Source of the DNA: an uncultured Pseudomonadota bacterium
Lineage (GTDB): Bacteria; Myxococcota_A; UBA796; SXON01
Reading direction: 5' to 3'
DNA: 64,000 nucleotides
Assembly (NCBI GenBank): GCA_903844155.1
Contig: CAIMSU010000077.1
Location: 5,917-69,916 of the forward strand
The notes beneath the pieces were generated by a model. That model was not told where the DNA came from and made no database searches. It saw nothing but the letters and a program-made list of their open reading frames with translations. The position numbers were made by a program, and so were the translations under genes. How positions within the stretch are numbered: position 1 is the first letter of the stretch; each line of letters starts with the position of its first letter. Of this stretch, positions 1 to 8,925 are shown one piece after another.

Positions 1-624
1 ACCATGCTCGAGTGGGGGCGCGCCGGGGCGACGATGGCGGAGGTGGAGCGGGAGTGCGAGGCGATCGTGCGCGGCGCGGGCGACGCCGTCGGAAAGCCCG
101 TGCCGACGACCTTGGCGCGACGAACCGTCCGGGAGCTGATCGGCGAGGTGCACGGGCGCACGATCACGGGCTGGGAGCAGCTCCGGGATCTGGCTGGACC
201 CTTGTGGGCGGACCCCGACGCCCACTGTTCCTGGCTCGTCGACCAGGCGCTGTCCGCCATCGATCCCGATATTCCAACCTGGATCGTCGGCTGGCCGGCC
301 GCGATGACGACCTCCGCGGGCCTCGACTCCACCGACCCCACCGTGACGCAGCGCAGCGAGCTCTACTGGCGCGGCCTGGAGCTCTCCGATGGCTTCCCAT
401 TTTGCCGCGACGCAGCATGGCAACGACGGCGGTCCATCGATGAGAATGTGGAAAGGCGCGGGGCCGGCGAGGAGCCCGTCCAGCTCGACGAGCGCTTCCT
501 CGACGCGGTCGGCCAGCTCCCGGAAGGCGCGGGGATGGCGCTCGGCGTCGACCGGCTCTGCATGGCGCTGCTGGAACGGAGCCGCATCGACGAGGTGCTG
601 GCGTTCTCCTGGTCAACACGCTGA
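1..624 (+). CDS. epmA: EF-P lysyltransferase EpmA/PoxA (GenX)-like, class II aaRS-like core; 3' part only, 5' end lies outside the window
   Basis: Frame 1 is open from the window edge to TGA 622-624. MLEWGR..., ELSDGF and GMALGVDRLCMALL...IDEVLAFSW match the EpmA/LysRS class II motif 2/3 region. Confidence 0.75.
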   Translation, partial: TMLEWGRAGATMAEVERECEAIVRGAGDAVGKPVPTTLARRTVRELIGEVHGRTITGWEQLRDLAGPLWADPDAHCSWLVDQALSAIDPDIPTWIVGWPAAMTTSAGLDSTDPTVTQRSELYWRGLELSDGFPFCRDAAWQRRRSIDENVERRGAGEEPVQLDERFLDAVGQLPEGAGMALGVDRLCMALLERSRIDEVLAFSWSTR

Positions 625-668
625 TCCCACACGAATGTATGACAACCGACGACGTCGCTTTTGCTATG

Positions 669-697
669 TAGGAAAACTGACGACGTCAGTTTTCCTA
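669..697. repeat. Perfect palindrome with 14-bp arms: TAGGAAAACTGACG a CGTCAGTTTTCCTA. Possible terminator or operator; founding copy of an AT-rich palindrome family.
   Basis: Read directly from the sequence. Lies 45 nt after the epmA-like stop and 86 nt before the SDR start. A smaller related palindrome, CGACGaCGTCG, is at 647-657. Confidence 0.85.
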
Positions 698-782
698 GGT
701 GTGCTCCCCGGTCGTCGAATTTCGCGTTTGCGATTGCAGCACGGCTCATGCTGCATTACAGCACAGCCACTCTGGAGTCCCG

Positions 783-1535
783 ATGCGTCTGAATGAAGTC
801 CGTGCCCTCGTCACCGGCGGCGCACGCGGCATGGGCCGCTGTTTTGTCGAGCAGGTCCGTGATGCTGGGGGCGTTGTCGCCTTCTGCGATGTCGACGCCA
901 ACGCCGTCGCCGAGGCTTCAGTCGCCCTCGGCGTTCCCGGCTTTGCCTGCAACGTCGCCGACGAAGCCAGCGTGCAACGCTGCTACGACGACGTCGTCGC
1001 CAGCATCGGCGTGCCCAACGTGCTCGTGAACAACGCGGGCATCACCCGCGACGGCCTTTTCCTCAAGGCAAACCCCGAGACTGGCGAGCCGGTGATGATG
1101 GACCTCTCGCGCTGGCAGCAGGTGCTCGACGTCAACCTCACCGGCCCCTTCCTCTGCACCCGCGCGTTCGTCGCCGGCGCTTTCCGGGCGAAGGCCGCCG
1201 AAAGCGTGGTTGTCAACATCTCCAGCATCAGCCGGGCCGGAAACGCGGGCCAGCTCAACTACTCTGCCGCAAAGGCCGGGCTCGTCGCGGACACGGTCGT
1301 GTGGGCGAAGGAATTGGCCCGGTACAACGTCCGCGTCGGCGCTGTCGCCCCCGGGTTCATCCGCACCCCGATGACCGAGGGGATGAAGCCCGAGGCGCTC
1401 GCGAAGGTTGCCGCCGGCATTCCGCTGAAAAGGCTCGGTGAACCGACCGAGATCTGGCAGGCGGTGCGGTTCATCGTGGAGTGCGGCTACTTCACCGGGC
1501 GGGTCGTGGAGGTCGACGGCGGCCTGGTGATCTAG
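783..1535 (+). CDS. Short-chain dehydrogenase/reductase, FabG-like 3-oxoacyl reductase
   Basis: TGGARGMG glycine-rich NAD(P) motif, NNAG, and the S...YSAAK catalytic motif. ATG at 783 chosen within ORF 699-1535 because the SDR fold starts at MRLNEVRALVTGG. Confidence 0.85.
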   Translation: MRLNEVRALVTGGARGMGRCFVEQVRDAGGVVAFCDVDANAVAEASVALGVPGFACNVADEASVQRCYDDVVASIGVPNVLVNNAGITRDGLFLKANPETGEPVMMDLSRWQQVLDVNLTGPFLCTRAFVAGAFRAKAAESVVVNISSISRAGNAGQLNYSAAKAGLVADTVVWAKELARYNVRVGAVAPGFIRTPMTEGMKPEALAKVAAGIPLKRLGEPTEIWQAVRFIVECGYFTGRVVEVDGGLVI

Positions 1536-1539
1536 CCGA

Positions 1540-2241
1540 CTACGGCGCGTAGCCGGAGCCTGTGGACGTATTGAAATTCGACGACGCGGCGTTGCCGGGC
1601 GCGGCGCCGATCGCAGTGGTGTAGGTACCGGTCAACCGGGCGAACCCCGCGCGGCTGACCGAAACCTCCCACCATTCGTTGGTGCCGTCCGTGACCAGAG
1701 CGCGTTTGTTGAAGAACACGAAATTGATCATGCCGGTCGAGCCAAAGTCCGACGAGCTGTTGTACGCGGAGTCGATGAACCCGCGGCTGTCGAAGGTGAT
1801 CGTGGTGACGGTGGGCTCCTCCAGGCTCACCCAGTGCAACGCGTCCGCCGCGCCATCGCTGAAGTCGTACGTCCCCTGCATCGGGTTCACGCCGGCGATC
1901 GGCAGGACGTCCCAGGTCGGGCTGGCCACCGTGCCATCGTTCCGTTGGATCTCGTAGCTGCCCACGCTGCCGCTGTCCGCAGTCGGCGCCGTGTCCCAGC
2001 TCTCGATGACCACGCGGTACTGCGCGCCCTCCGCGATCGCGAGATCCCGCGCCTGCTGGACGTGCCCGTAGAACTCCTTCGCGGCCTGCTTCGTGCGCCA
2101 GGAAGGCATCAGGTTGACCATGGACTGCGAGGCGATCGCCGTCATGATGCCGGAGATCGCGATGACCACCGCAATCTCGATCAACGACACGCCCGCCCTG
2201 ACGCGACGGCTGCGCGAACGGGTGCTGGGGAGAGCTGCCAT
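1540..2241 (-). CDS. Prepilin-type N-terminal cleavage/methylation domain protein, GspH/FimT-like minor pseudopilin
   Basis: Leader [17 protein letters not shown] followed by [20 protein letters not shown] (G/xSLIE class III signal), then a GspH/FimT-like region [19 protein letters not shown]. Start at 2241 chosen inside ORF 1540-2562. Confidence 0.75.
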   Translation of the reverse strand: MAALPSTRSRSRRVRAGVSLIEIAVVIAISGIMTAIASQSMVNLMPSWRTKQAAKEFYGHVQQARDLAIAEGAQYRVVIESWDTAPTADSGSVGSYEIQRNDGTVASPTWDVLPIAGVNPMQGTYDFSDGAADALHWVSLEEPTVTTITFDSRGFIDSAYNSSSDFGSTGMINFVFFNKRALVTDGTNEWWEVSVSRAGFARLTGTYTTAIGAAPGNAASSNFNTSTGSGYAP

Positions 2242-2362
2242 GCGGACCTCGGATCGTCCGACTATACCAGATTCCGAACGCGTCGACCTGCACCACGTGC
2301 GCGCTGGAGGTGGGAGGACCGCACCATTCGGGATAGACCCGCGCCCGTTGGAAGGAGCGCTG

Positions 2363-3979
2363 ATGCGGATCGGAGTGGTGCTGGAACAATGGCCGGGCGA
2401 ACGCCGCGTTGCGGCGACCCCCGAGACGGTCGGCAGGCTGCGGGCCCTCGGATTCGAGGTCACGGTGCAGGCCGGCGCGGGCGCGTCCGCGAGCTTCTCC
2501 GACGCCGCCTTTGAGGCCGCAGGCGCCACGATCGGCGATCCCACAACCGCGGACATCGTCATGGGCGTCCGCCCGTTCTCCGTCGATCGCGCCGCCTCCG
2601 CGCGCCCGGGGCAGGTCTGGATCGCGCACTTCTGGCCTGCACAGCGTCAGGAAGAGCTGGCGTTGTGGGCCGCCTCTGGCGCGACCGTGCTGGCGATGGA
2701 CCAGGTGCCGCGCATCACGCGCGCGCAAAAGCTGGATGCGCTCTCCTCGCAGGCGAACCTGATGGGCTACCGCGCGATCGTGGAGGCGGCGACCCAGTTT
2801 GGCAGGTTCTTCCCGGGTCAGGTCACGGCCGCGGGAAAGGTCGCCCCCGCGAAGGTGCTCGTGATCGGCGCGGGCGTGGCGGGGCTCGCGGCCATCGGCG
2901 CAGCGCGGAGTCTGGGCGCGGTCGTGCGCGCGTTCGACACCCGGCCCATCGCCGAGCAGATCCAGAGCATGGGGGCCGAGTTTCTGGAGGTCAAGATCAA
3001 GGAGGATGGCGACGGCGGCGGTGGCTACGCCCGCGTGATGTCGCCCGAGTTCATCGCCGCAGAGATGGCGTTGTTCCTCGAACAAGCGAAGGAGGTGGAC
3101 ATCATCGTCACCACCGCGCTCATCCCGGGCAAGAAGGCGCCGCTGTTGGTGACGGCGGAGGCGGTCGCGGCGATGAAGCCGGGGTCGGTCATCGTCGATC
3201 TCGCGGCGGAGAGCGGGGGGAATTGCGAGAACACGGTCGCCGGCGAGGTCGCCGACGTGAACGGCGTGAAGATCGTCGGCTACACGGACCTGCCGAGCCG
3301 GATGGCCGAGCAGGCGAGCCAACTGTACGCGATGAACCTGTGGCATCTGCTCGACGACATGACGCGCGCCCAGGGTGCGCCCGCGAGCGTGGACCAGGCC
3401 GCCGCGTTCCATGTGGACATGGAGGACGAGGTCGTCCGTCCGATGACCGTCTGCCACGGCGGCGCGGTCACCTGGCCGGCCCCGGCGATGCCCCAGAAGA
3501 CGGCCCCGCCCGTCGTCGCCAAGCCGGCTGAGGTCGTCGCGGTGGCTCCAAAGCCCCCGAGGAAGCCGAAGAAGAAGTCCAGCGGCGGACACGGACACAG
3601 CGCGCCGAGCGCGCCGCCGTCAACCGCGGTGCTGATGACCCTGCCGGCCGCAGGGCTGCTCCTCCTTGTGGCGGGCCCGTTCCTCCCCGCCGCGTTCCTC
3701 TCGCACCTGATGGTGTTCGTGCTGGCCGTGTTCATCGGCTTCCAGGTCGTCTGGAACGTCACCCCGGCGCTGCACACCCCGCTCATGAGCGTCACCAACG
3801 CGATCTCCGGCATCATCCTCGTCGGCGGCATGGCGGCCATCGCCACTGAGTCGGGCGGGGATCTGGCCTCGCCGACCACCATCGTCGCCGCGATCGCCAT
3901 CCTGCTGGCGATGATCAACGTCGGCGGCGGGTTTCTCGTCACACGCCGGATGCTCGGCATGTTCCGGAAGGAGGCGTAG
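2363..3979 (+). CDS. pntA: NAD(P) transhydrogenase subunit alpha (dI plus membrane dII-alpha part)
   Basis: [20 protein letters not shown] and the Rossmann motif [22 protein letters not shown], with C-terminal TM helices. GGAAGGA RBS lies before ATG 2363. A Pro/Lys-rich linker precedes the TM region. Confidence 0.95.
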   Translation: MRIGVVLEQWPGERRVAATPETVGRLRALGFEVTVQAGAGASASFSDAAFEAAGATIGDPTTADIVMGVRPFSVDRAASARPGQVWIAHFWPAQRQEELALWAASGATVLAMDQVPRITRAQKLDALSSQANLMGYRAIVEAATQFGRFFPGQVTAAGKVAPAKVLVIGAGVAGLAAIGAARSLGAVVRAFDTRPIAEQIQSMGAEFLEVKIKEDGDGGGGYARVMSPEFIAAEMALFLEQAKEVDIIVTTALIPGKKAPLLVTAEAVAAMKPGSVIVDLAAESGGNCENTVAGEVADVNGVKIVGYTDLPSRMAEQASQLYAMNLWHLLDDMTRAQGAPASVDQAAAFHVDMEDEVVRPMTVCHGGAVTWPAPAMPQKTAPPVVAKPAEVVAVAPKPPRKPKKKSSGGHGHSAPSAPPSTAVLMTLPAAGLLLLVAGPFLPAAFLSHLMVFVLAVFIGFQVVWNVTPALHTPLMSVTNAISGIILVGGMAAIATESGGDLASPTTIVAAIAILLAMINVGGGFLVTRRMLGMFRKEA

Positions 3980-5383
3980 ATGGACGCGCAAACCACCGCA
4001 ACAGCGGCCTATATCGCGGCTTCCGCCCTGTTCATCCGCAGCCTCGGCGGCCTCTCCAACCCCGAGACCGCACGCGCGGGAAACCTCCAGGGCATGATCG
4101 GCATGGGCCTGGCCGTCGGCGCCACCGCCCTGCTGCTGCCGCCCGCTGCCCTGCCCGTCCTCGCCGTCGTCGTGGTGATCGGCCTGGCGATCGGCGGGAC
4201 GCTGGCGCAGCGCGTCGCCATGACGTCGATGCCGCAATTGGTCGCGATCCTCCACAGCTTTGTCGGCCTGGCTGCGGCGCTGGTCGGCTTTGCGAGCCAG
4301 CTTGGCGGGCACCACCCCACGGGTGCCGAGGGTGTCATCCACAGCGTGGCGTTGTACGCCGGCATCTTCATCGGCGCGGTGACCTTCACCGGCTCCGTCG
4401 TCGCCTGGGGCAAGCTCGAAGGGAAGATCGGCTCGAAGCCGTTGACGCTGCCGGGGCGGCACGGCGGAAACCTGCTGCTGGTCATCGTCGTAGCGGTGCT
4501 CGGCGTGGTCTACGCCATGAACCCAGAGGCCGGCCTGCCGATCCTGCTGATCATGAGCGGCATCGGTGGTTTTCTCGGCTGGCACATGGTCATGGCCATC
4601 GGCGGCGCGGACATGCCCGTCGTCGTCTCCATGCTCAACAGCTACTCCGGGTGGGCCGCGGCAGCCGACGGTTTTCTGCTCCAGAACGATCTGCTCATCG
4701 TCACCGGCGCGCTCGTCGGCAGCTCAGGCGCCATCCTCTCGTACATCATGTGCAAGGCCATGGCGCGCAGCTTCGTCAGCGTGATCCTCGGTGGTTTCGG
4801 GGCCGAAGAAGGCGCCGCACCCGCGAAGCCCGCAGACGGTCAGCCTGTCGGCGAGGCCGTCGCCACAGACGTCGCCACGCTCGTGAAGGAGCTGTCCGAA
4901 GCGTCAAGCGTCATCATCGTCCCGGGCTACGGAATGGCCGTCGCGCAGGCCCAGCACCCGGTCTACGCGCTCACGAAGCTCTTGCGCGCGCGCGGTGTCG
5001 AGGTCCGCTTCGCCATTCACCCCGTCGCCGGCCGCCTGCCCGGGCACATGAACGTGCTCCTCGCCGAGGCCAACCTGCCGTATGACCTCGTCCTCGAGAT
5101 GGACGAGATCAATGACGACTTTCCCGACACGGACGTGGTGCTCGTCATCGGTGCGAACGACATCGTCAACCCGGGCGCGCTCGACGATCCGTCATCGCCG
5201 ATCTACGGGATGCCCGTGCTGCACGCGTGGGAAGCCGCACGCGTGGTCGTGTTCAAGCGCGGCAAGGGCGCGGGCTACGCGGGTGTCGAGAATCCCCTGT
5301 TTGTACGCCCGTGTACGCGCATGCTCTACGGGGACGCGAAGAAGAGCGTGGACGCCCTGCTCGCGGGCCTGTCCGCGACGTAA
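3980..5383 (+). CDS. pntB: NAD(P) transhydrogenase subunit beta
   Basis: ATG lies directly after the pntA stop (TAGATG). Multi-TM N-terminal half and a dIII NADP(H) domain ([23 protein letters not shown]). Confidence 0.95.
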   Translation: MDAQTTATAAYIAASALFIRSLGGLSNPETARAGNLQGMIGMGLAVGATALLLPPAALPVLAVVVVIGLAIGGTLAQRVAMTSMPQLVAILHSFVGLAAALVGFASQLGGHHPTGAEGVIHSVALYAGIFIGAVTFTGSVVAWGKLEGKIGSKPLTLPGRHGGNLLLVIVVAVLGVVYAMNPEAGLPILLIMSGIGGFLGWHMVMAIGGADMPVVVSMLNSYSGWAAAADGFLLQNDLLIVTGALVGSSGAILSYIMCKAMARSFVSVILGGFGAEEGAAPAKPADGQPVGEAVATDVATLVKELSEASSVIIVPGYGMAVAQAQHPVYALTKLLRARGVEVRFAIHPVAGRLPGHMNVLLAEANLPYDLVLEMDEINDDFPDTDVVLVIGANDIVNPGALDDPSSPIYGMPVLHAWEAARVVVFKRGKGAGYAGVENPLFVRPCTRMLYGDAKKSVDALLAGLSAT

Positions 5384-5394
5384 CGGGCGTCGTT

Positions 5395-5451
5395 ACAATA
5401 CTCATCCCGCATTTCGTATCAGCGTGATACGAAATGCGGGATGAGGATTGT
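5395..5451. terminator. Bidirectional intrinsic-terminator-like hairpin between convergent pntB and an outer-membrane protein gene
   Basis: Perfect 20-bp stem CTCATCCCGCATTTCGTATC / GATACGAAATGCGGGATGAG (5401-5420 / 5426-5445) with loop agcgt. Extendable by ACAAT/ATTGT with one mismatch. Markedly AT-rich relative to its surroundings. Confidence 0.75.
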
Positions 5452-5462
5452 CACACGAGCGG

Positions 5463-6404
5463 TCAGAACCGGACGCGAACATCCAAGGTGTGCACGTTGT
5501 GAAACGGGTCGTCGATCCGCACCCGCACGCCGTAGTCGAGGTCGCAGTCCGGTGAGGTGAAGCCGACGCCGCCGGTGACCCAGTTTTTCGTGGCCTCGTT
5601 GGCGTAGCCCGCGCGGATCGCCACGAATTGCGCGAAGCCGACGTTTGCGCCAACGCGCCAGTCCAGCTTCTTCCAGTCCCACGTCGTGGTGACCGGCGCG
5701 AGTACGTCGCCTTCGAGGCCGAAATACTGCCCAGCATCCCAGCGCGCGCCGAGGCGGAGCTGGCGTGATGTGTCACGAAAGTTGGTCTCGAGCAGGTTGT
5801 CGAGCGCCGCGGCGAGGACGAAGCTGTCGGCCGGCTTCCAGGCGCCGGAGACGCCGAAATTGAAGGCGCTCGCCTGGTCGAGCAGGTCCGAAACGTACCA
5901 GTCGTAGCGCGCGTCGACCGCCACCGACGCCTTCCGGTTGGAGAACGGGTAGGCGAGGCCGGCGTAGAGGCCCTGGTGGTCGGTGGGGTTTTGGAAGGTG
6001 CTGTCGGGCGTCATCCATCCCGGGCGTTCATCCTGCCAGAGCCAGCGCTCGTCGTGGACGTGGCGATAGCCGAGGGCGAGCGCGACGGGGCTGGAGCGGG
6101 AGTCCATCGCCCCGCCTCGCAGCGCAAAGTGGGCAAGCGGTCCAAGCTCGGCGCCCGTGTAGATCTCGTAGCGCTCGGTGAGGCTCGCCGTGGCGATGTT
6201 CAGGCGCAACGCCCCGATGTCGTTGGGGTTGGCGACGCCGACCAGCCCTGCGCCCGTCGCCCGCGCGCCGATGTCCTCCAGGTCTTCGTCGGCATCGACG
6301 CCAGGCTGTGCGGTGCCCCGCGCCGAGGCAACGGCGGGTGCCAGTAGCGCAACAAGCAGGATCGCGCGTGGATCTCGGAGAGTGCGGAGCTTGCCGATGC
6401 GCAT
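5463..6404 (-). CDS. Putative outer-membrane beta-barrel protein
   Basis: N-terminal signal peptide (LLVALLAPAVASARG), alternating amphipathic beta-strand pattern, and a C-terminal aromatic residue (…LDVRVRF) typical of OMPs. Family not identified. Confidence 0.6.
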   Translation of the reverse strand: MRIGKLRTLRDPRAILLVALLAPAVASARGTAQPGVDADEDLEDIGARATGAGLVGVANPNDIGALRLNIATASLTERYEIYTGAELGPLAHFALRGGAMDSRSSPVALALGYRHVHDERWLWQDERPGWMTPDSTFQNPTDHQGLYAGLAYPFSNRKASVAVDARYDWYVSDLLDQASAFNFGVSGAWKPADSFVLAAALDNLLETNFRDTSRQLRLGARWDAGQYFGLEGDVLAPVTTTWDWKKLDWRVGANVGFAQFVAIRAGYANEATKNWVTGGVGFTSPDCDLDYGVRVRIDDPFHNVHTLDVRVRF

Positions 6405-6474
6405 GGGGGCGACTACTATAGCCGCGCCATCGCCCCCGCAAACCGGTCAAGTTCGGCCTTGAAAGGAGATTCCC

Positions 6475-6840
6475 ATGGACAAGGAACGCACGGAGTTCTT
6501 CCGGAAGCTGCTCAATGAACGCTTGCGGGCCCTACTTGTGGAGGCCGGCGCGACCCTCGGCAACCTGACCGAGGACCAGGAAAACCTTGCTGACGCCATC
6601 GATCTCGCCTCGATGGAGTCAAATCGTGACTTCCAGCTCCGCATCCGCGACCGCGAGCGCGTGCTCATCCACAAGATCCAGGAAGCGCTCGGGCGCCTCG
6701 ACGAAGGCGAGTACGGCGTCTGCACCCACTGCGGCAACGACATCGCCGAAAAGCGGCTGATGGCGCGGCCCGTCGCCACCCACTGCATCGACTGCAAGAC
6801 GGAATTCGAGCAGCTCGAACGGTCCTCCCGAGAGCTCTGA
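6475..6840 (+). CDS. dksA: DksA/TraR-family C4 zinc-finger RNA polymerase-binding regulator
   Basis: Coiled-coil region with the acidic tip AIDLASMESNRD and CTHCGNDI...THCIDC (CxxC-x17-CxxC). AAGGAG RBS lies upstream. Confidence 0.9.
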   Translation: MDKERTEFFRKLLNERLRALLVEAGATLGNLTEDQENLADAIDLASMESNRDFQLRIRDRERVLIHKIQEALGRLDEGEYGVCTHCGNDIAEKRLMARPVATHCIDCKTEFEQLERSSREL

Positions 6841-6846
6841 GCCGCG

Positions 6847-7635
6847 GTGTACGCGCTGATCGGGCTCCTCGCCGGCTGCGGGACGGACGTGCAGACGCCG
6901 ACCGCCCCCCGACATGACCCGAGCACCGCCTGGGAGGCGCTGCTCGGCCGCATCGTCACGCCCGACGGCCTCGTCCGGTACGACGTGCTGCGCGCCAACC
7001 AGGATCCGCTGGCTGACTTCGTCGGCTGGATCGCGATCCACGGCCCGGAGACGGACGGGTTCCGGCTCCTGGACGACAATCGGCGTCTGGCCTGGCACAT
7101 CAACGCCTACAACGCGCTGGCGCTGTGGGGGGTCCTGCAGGCCTCGGCGTCCGGACCGTTGATCCACTCGGTGAGCGACGTCAAAGGCTTCTTCTGGCTG
7201 CAGGACTTTGGCGTGGACGGGGAGCGCCTTTCGCTGCACACCTACGAGACCCGCGACATCCTGCCGACGTACCAGGAGCCCCTCACCCACGCGGCGCTGA
7301 ACTGCGCGTCGCGCTCCTGCCCGCCGCTGCGAAAGGAGCTTTATACGGCCGCCAACATCCAGAATGAGGTCGAGGACCAGATGCGGGCCTGGATCGCCAC
7401 GCCCGACACCACGCGCGCTGCCGTCTCCTGGGACGCCTCGTCTGCCCAGTTCGTGTTCAGCCCGATCTTCGACTGGTACGCCCGGGACTTTCGCGATTGG
7501 GCGAACGCTGCGACGCCGTGCGACGCCGTCCGTGCCTACGCGAGGGATCCGATCGCCAGCCTCCTCGCCGCCCACCCCGACTGCCCGCACCGGTTCTACG
7601 CCTACGACTGGGCGCTCAACGCCGCGCCGCCGTAG
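6847..7635 (+). CDS. DUF547 domain lipoprotein
   Basis: GTG start and lipobox LLAGC. DUF547 hallmarks: INAYNALALWGVL, HAALNCASRSCPPL and FSPIFDWY. Confidence 0.8.
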   Translation: MYALIGLLAGCGTDVQTPTAPRHDPSTAWEALLGRIVTPDGLVRYDVLRANQDPLADFVGWIAIHGPETDGFRLLDDNRRLAWHINAYNALALWGVLQASASGPLIHSVSDVKGFFWLQDFGVDGERLSLHTYETRDILPTYQEPLTHAALNCASRSCPPLRKELYTAANIQNEVEDQMRAWIATPDTTRAAVSWDASSAQFVFSPIFDWYARDFRDWANAATPCDAVRAYARDPIASLLAAHPDCPHRFYAYDWALNAAPP

Positions 7636-7690
7636 CCCATTGTCCGGCCTGGTCGGTGAAACCCCCCGCGAGTGCTACACTCCTTCCACG

Positions 7691-8317
7691 ATGCTCCCCG
7701 TCCTGCTCCTGTGCGCGCACGCACGCGCTGCCGACATCTACCTGAGCTACGCGGCCGACGGGACGCCGCTGATCTCCGATTCGCCGCCCCAGAACCTCGA
7801 CGCGCAGACCCACGCCGACGTGTACGACGACATTGATGTGTGGTGGCGCGACGTGGTCCCCGGCCAGTACCTTCCGAACGGCGTGCCGATGCCGAACCTC
7901 GACCGCATCGCCAACTTGAACCAGTACGATTCGGCGTTCACCCAGGCGAGCCAGAAGACGGGGTTGCCGGCTGAGCTGATCAAGGCCGTCGCCGTCGCGG
8001 AGAGCCACATGAACCCCCACGCCGTCTCGCCAGCGGGCGCTCGGGGCCTGATGCAGATGGTGCCGAGCACCGCGAAGCGGATGGGGGTGACCGACACCTT
8101 CGACCCGTGGCAGTCGATCGCCGGCGGCGCGAACTACCTCGCGCAGCAGGTCAAGGCGTTTGGCAGCTACGAACTGGCACTTGCCGCGTACAACGCTGGT
8201 CCCCGGGCGGTGACACAGTACGGCGGCATCCCGCCCTACGTGGAGACGGAGACCTACGTGGCGCGCGTGATCGGGCTGTACGAGCTGTTCCGCGATACCC
8301 GCCCCGTCCTGCCGTGA
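7691..8317 (+). CDS. Lytic transglycosylase (SLT domain)
   Basis: Signal peptide MLPVLLLCAHARA; catalytic AESHMNPHAVSPAGARGLMQM and AYNAGP motifs. ATG 7691 chosen inside ORF 7364-8317. Confidence 0.85.
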   Translation: MLPVLLLCAHARAADIYLSYAADGTPLISDSPPQNLDAQTHADVYDDIDVWWRDVVPGQYLPNGVPMPNLDRIANLNQYDSAFTQASQKTGLPAELIKAVAVAESHMNPHAVSPAGARGLMQMVPSTAKRMGVTDTFDPWQSIAGGANYLAQQVKAFGSYELALAAYNAGPRAVTQYGGIPPYVETETYVARVIGLYELFRDTRPVLP

Positions 8318-8925
8318 TGACCGTGCCGACGAGTGCCTCGCCCGTCCCCTGGTACCGTCGAAAGGCGTTCTGGAACCTGCCGAACGCGATCACCGTGTTT
8401 CGCGTGGCGATGGTGCCGGTCGTCGGGTTTGCGCTGTGGACGCGGCCGACGTTCGGCTGGGCGGTGGCTTCCTGCGTGCTCTTTGTCGTCGCGATGCTCT
8501 CGGACATCCTCGATGGCTACCTGGCGCGGCTCTGGGACGTCCAGAGCGTCGCTGGCGCCTTCCTCGACCCGCTGGCTGACAAGTTGATGATGCTGACGGC
8601 GCTGGTGATGATGATCCCGCTCGGCTGGGTCCCGGCTTGGGCGGTTGTGCTGATGGAATCCCGCGAGCTGGCCATCTCCGGCCTGCGCATGGTCGCGATG
8701 AGCGAGGGCATGGTGATCGCGGCGGGCAGCCTCGGGAAGTTCAAGACCTCCTACCAGTCCACCGCCGTCGGCTTCCTGCTCTGGCACTACCCGAGCATCG
8801 GGATCGACGCCTACTCCGTCGGCATCCTGCTGTTCTACGTCAGCCTCTTCTTCTCGCTCGCGAGCGCTATCGAGTATTTCTGGGGGTTCTACCAGTACGG
8901 CAAGCGGGCGCGCACGACCGCATGA
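8317..8925 (+). CDS. pgsA: CDP-diacylglycerol--glycerol-3-phosphate 3-phosphatidyltransferase (CDP-alcohol phosphatidyltransferase)
   Basis: DILDGYLARLWDVQSVAGAFLDPLADK matches DGx2ARx8Gx3Dx3D. The ATG shares one nucleotide (8317) with the SLT stop (TGATG). Confidence 0.9.
   Translation: MTVPTSASPVPWYRRKAFWNLPNAITVFRVAMVPVVGFALWTRPTFGWAVASCVLFVVAMLSDILDGYLARLWDVQSVAGAFLDPLADKLMMLTALVMMIPLGWVPAWAVVLMESRELAISGLRMVAMSEGMVIAAGSLGKFKTSYQSTAVGFLLWHYPSIGIDAYSVGILLFYVSLFFSLASAIEYFWGFYQYGKRARTTA

Noticed and set aside
1532-3598. 688-aa ORF on the minus strand, and similar long ORFs elsewhere: 3620-4585(-), 8889-10652(-), 13155-14189(-), 17622-19253(-), 19263-20477(-), 21805-23745(-), 26252-27832(-), 31846-33663(+), 36553-37791(+), 40284-41468(-), 42325-43665(+), 45700-46968(+), 50210-52276(-), 53766-55385(+), 60731-62788(+), 61371-62849(+).
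   Set aside because: They are Arg/Gly/Pro/Ala/His-rich with no recognisable motifs. They lie antisense or out of frame to genes with clear family signatures. Stop-free shadow frames of this kind are expected in ~70% GC DNA.
8637-8921. An N-terminal extension of the GT-C gene ORF, and similar 5' extensions of many ORFs in the track (e.g. 2093, 7364, 8107, 10849, 12525, 49163, 57903).
   Set aside because: The extensions overlap the preceding gene in another frame and are Arg/Pro-rich. Internal starts coincide with stop/start overlaps, RBS-like sequences and the beginnings of the conserved domains.
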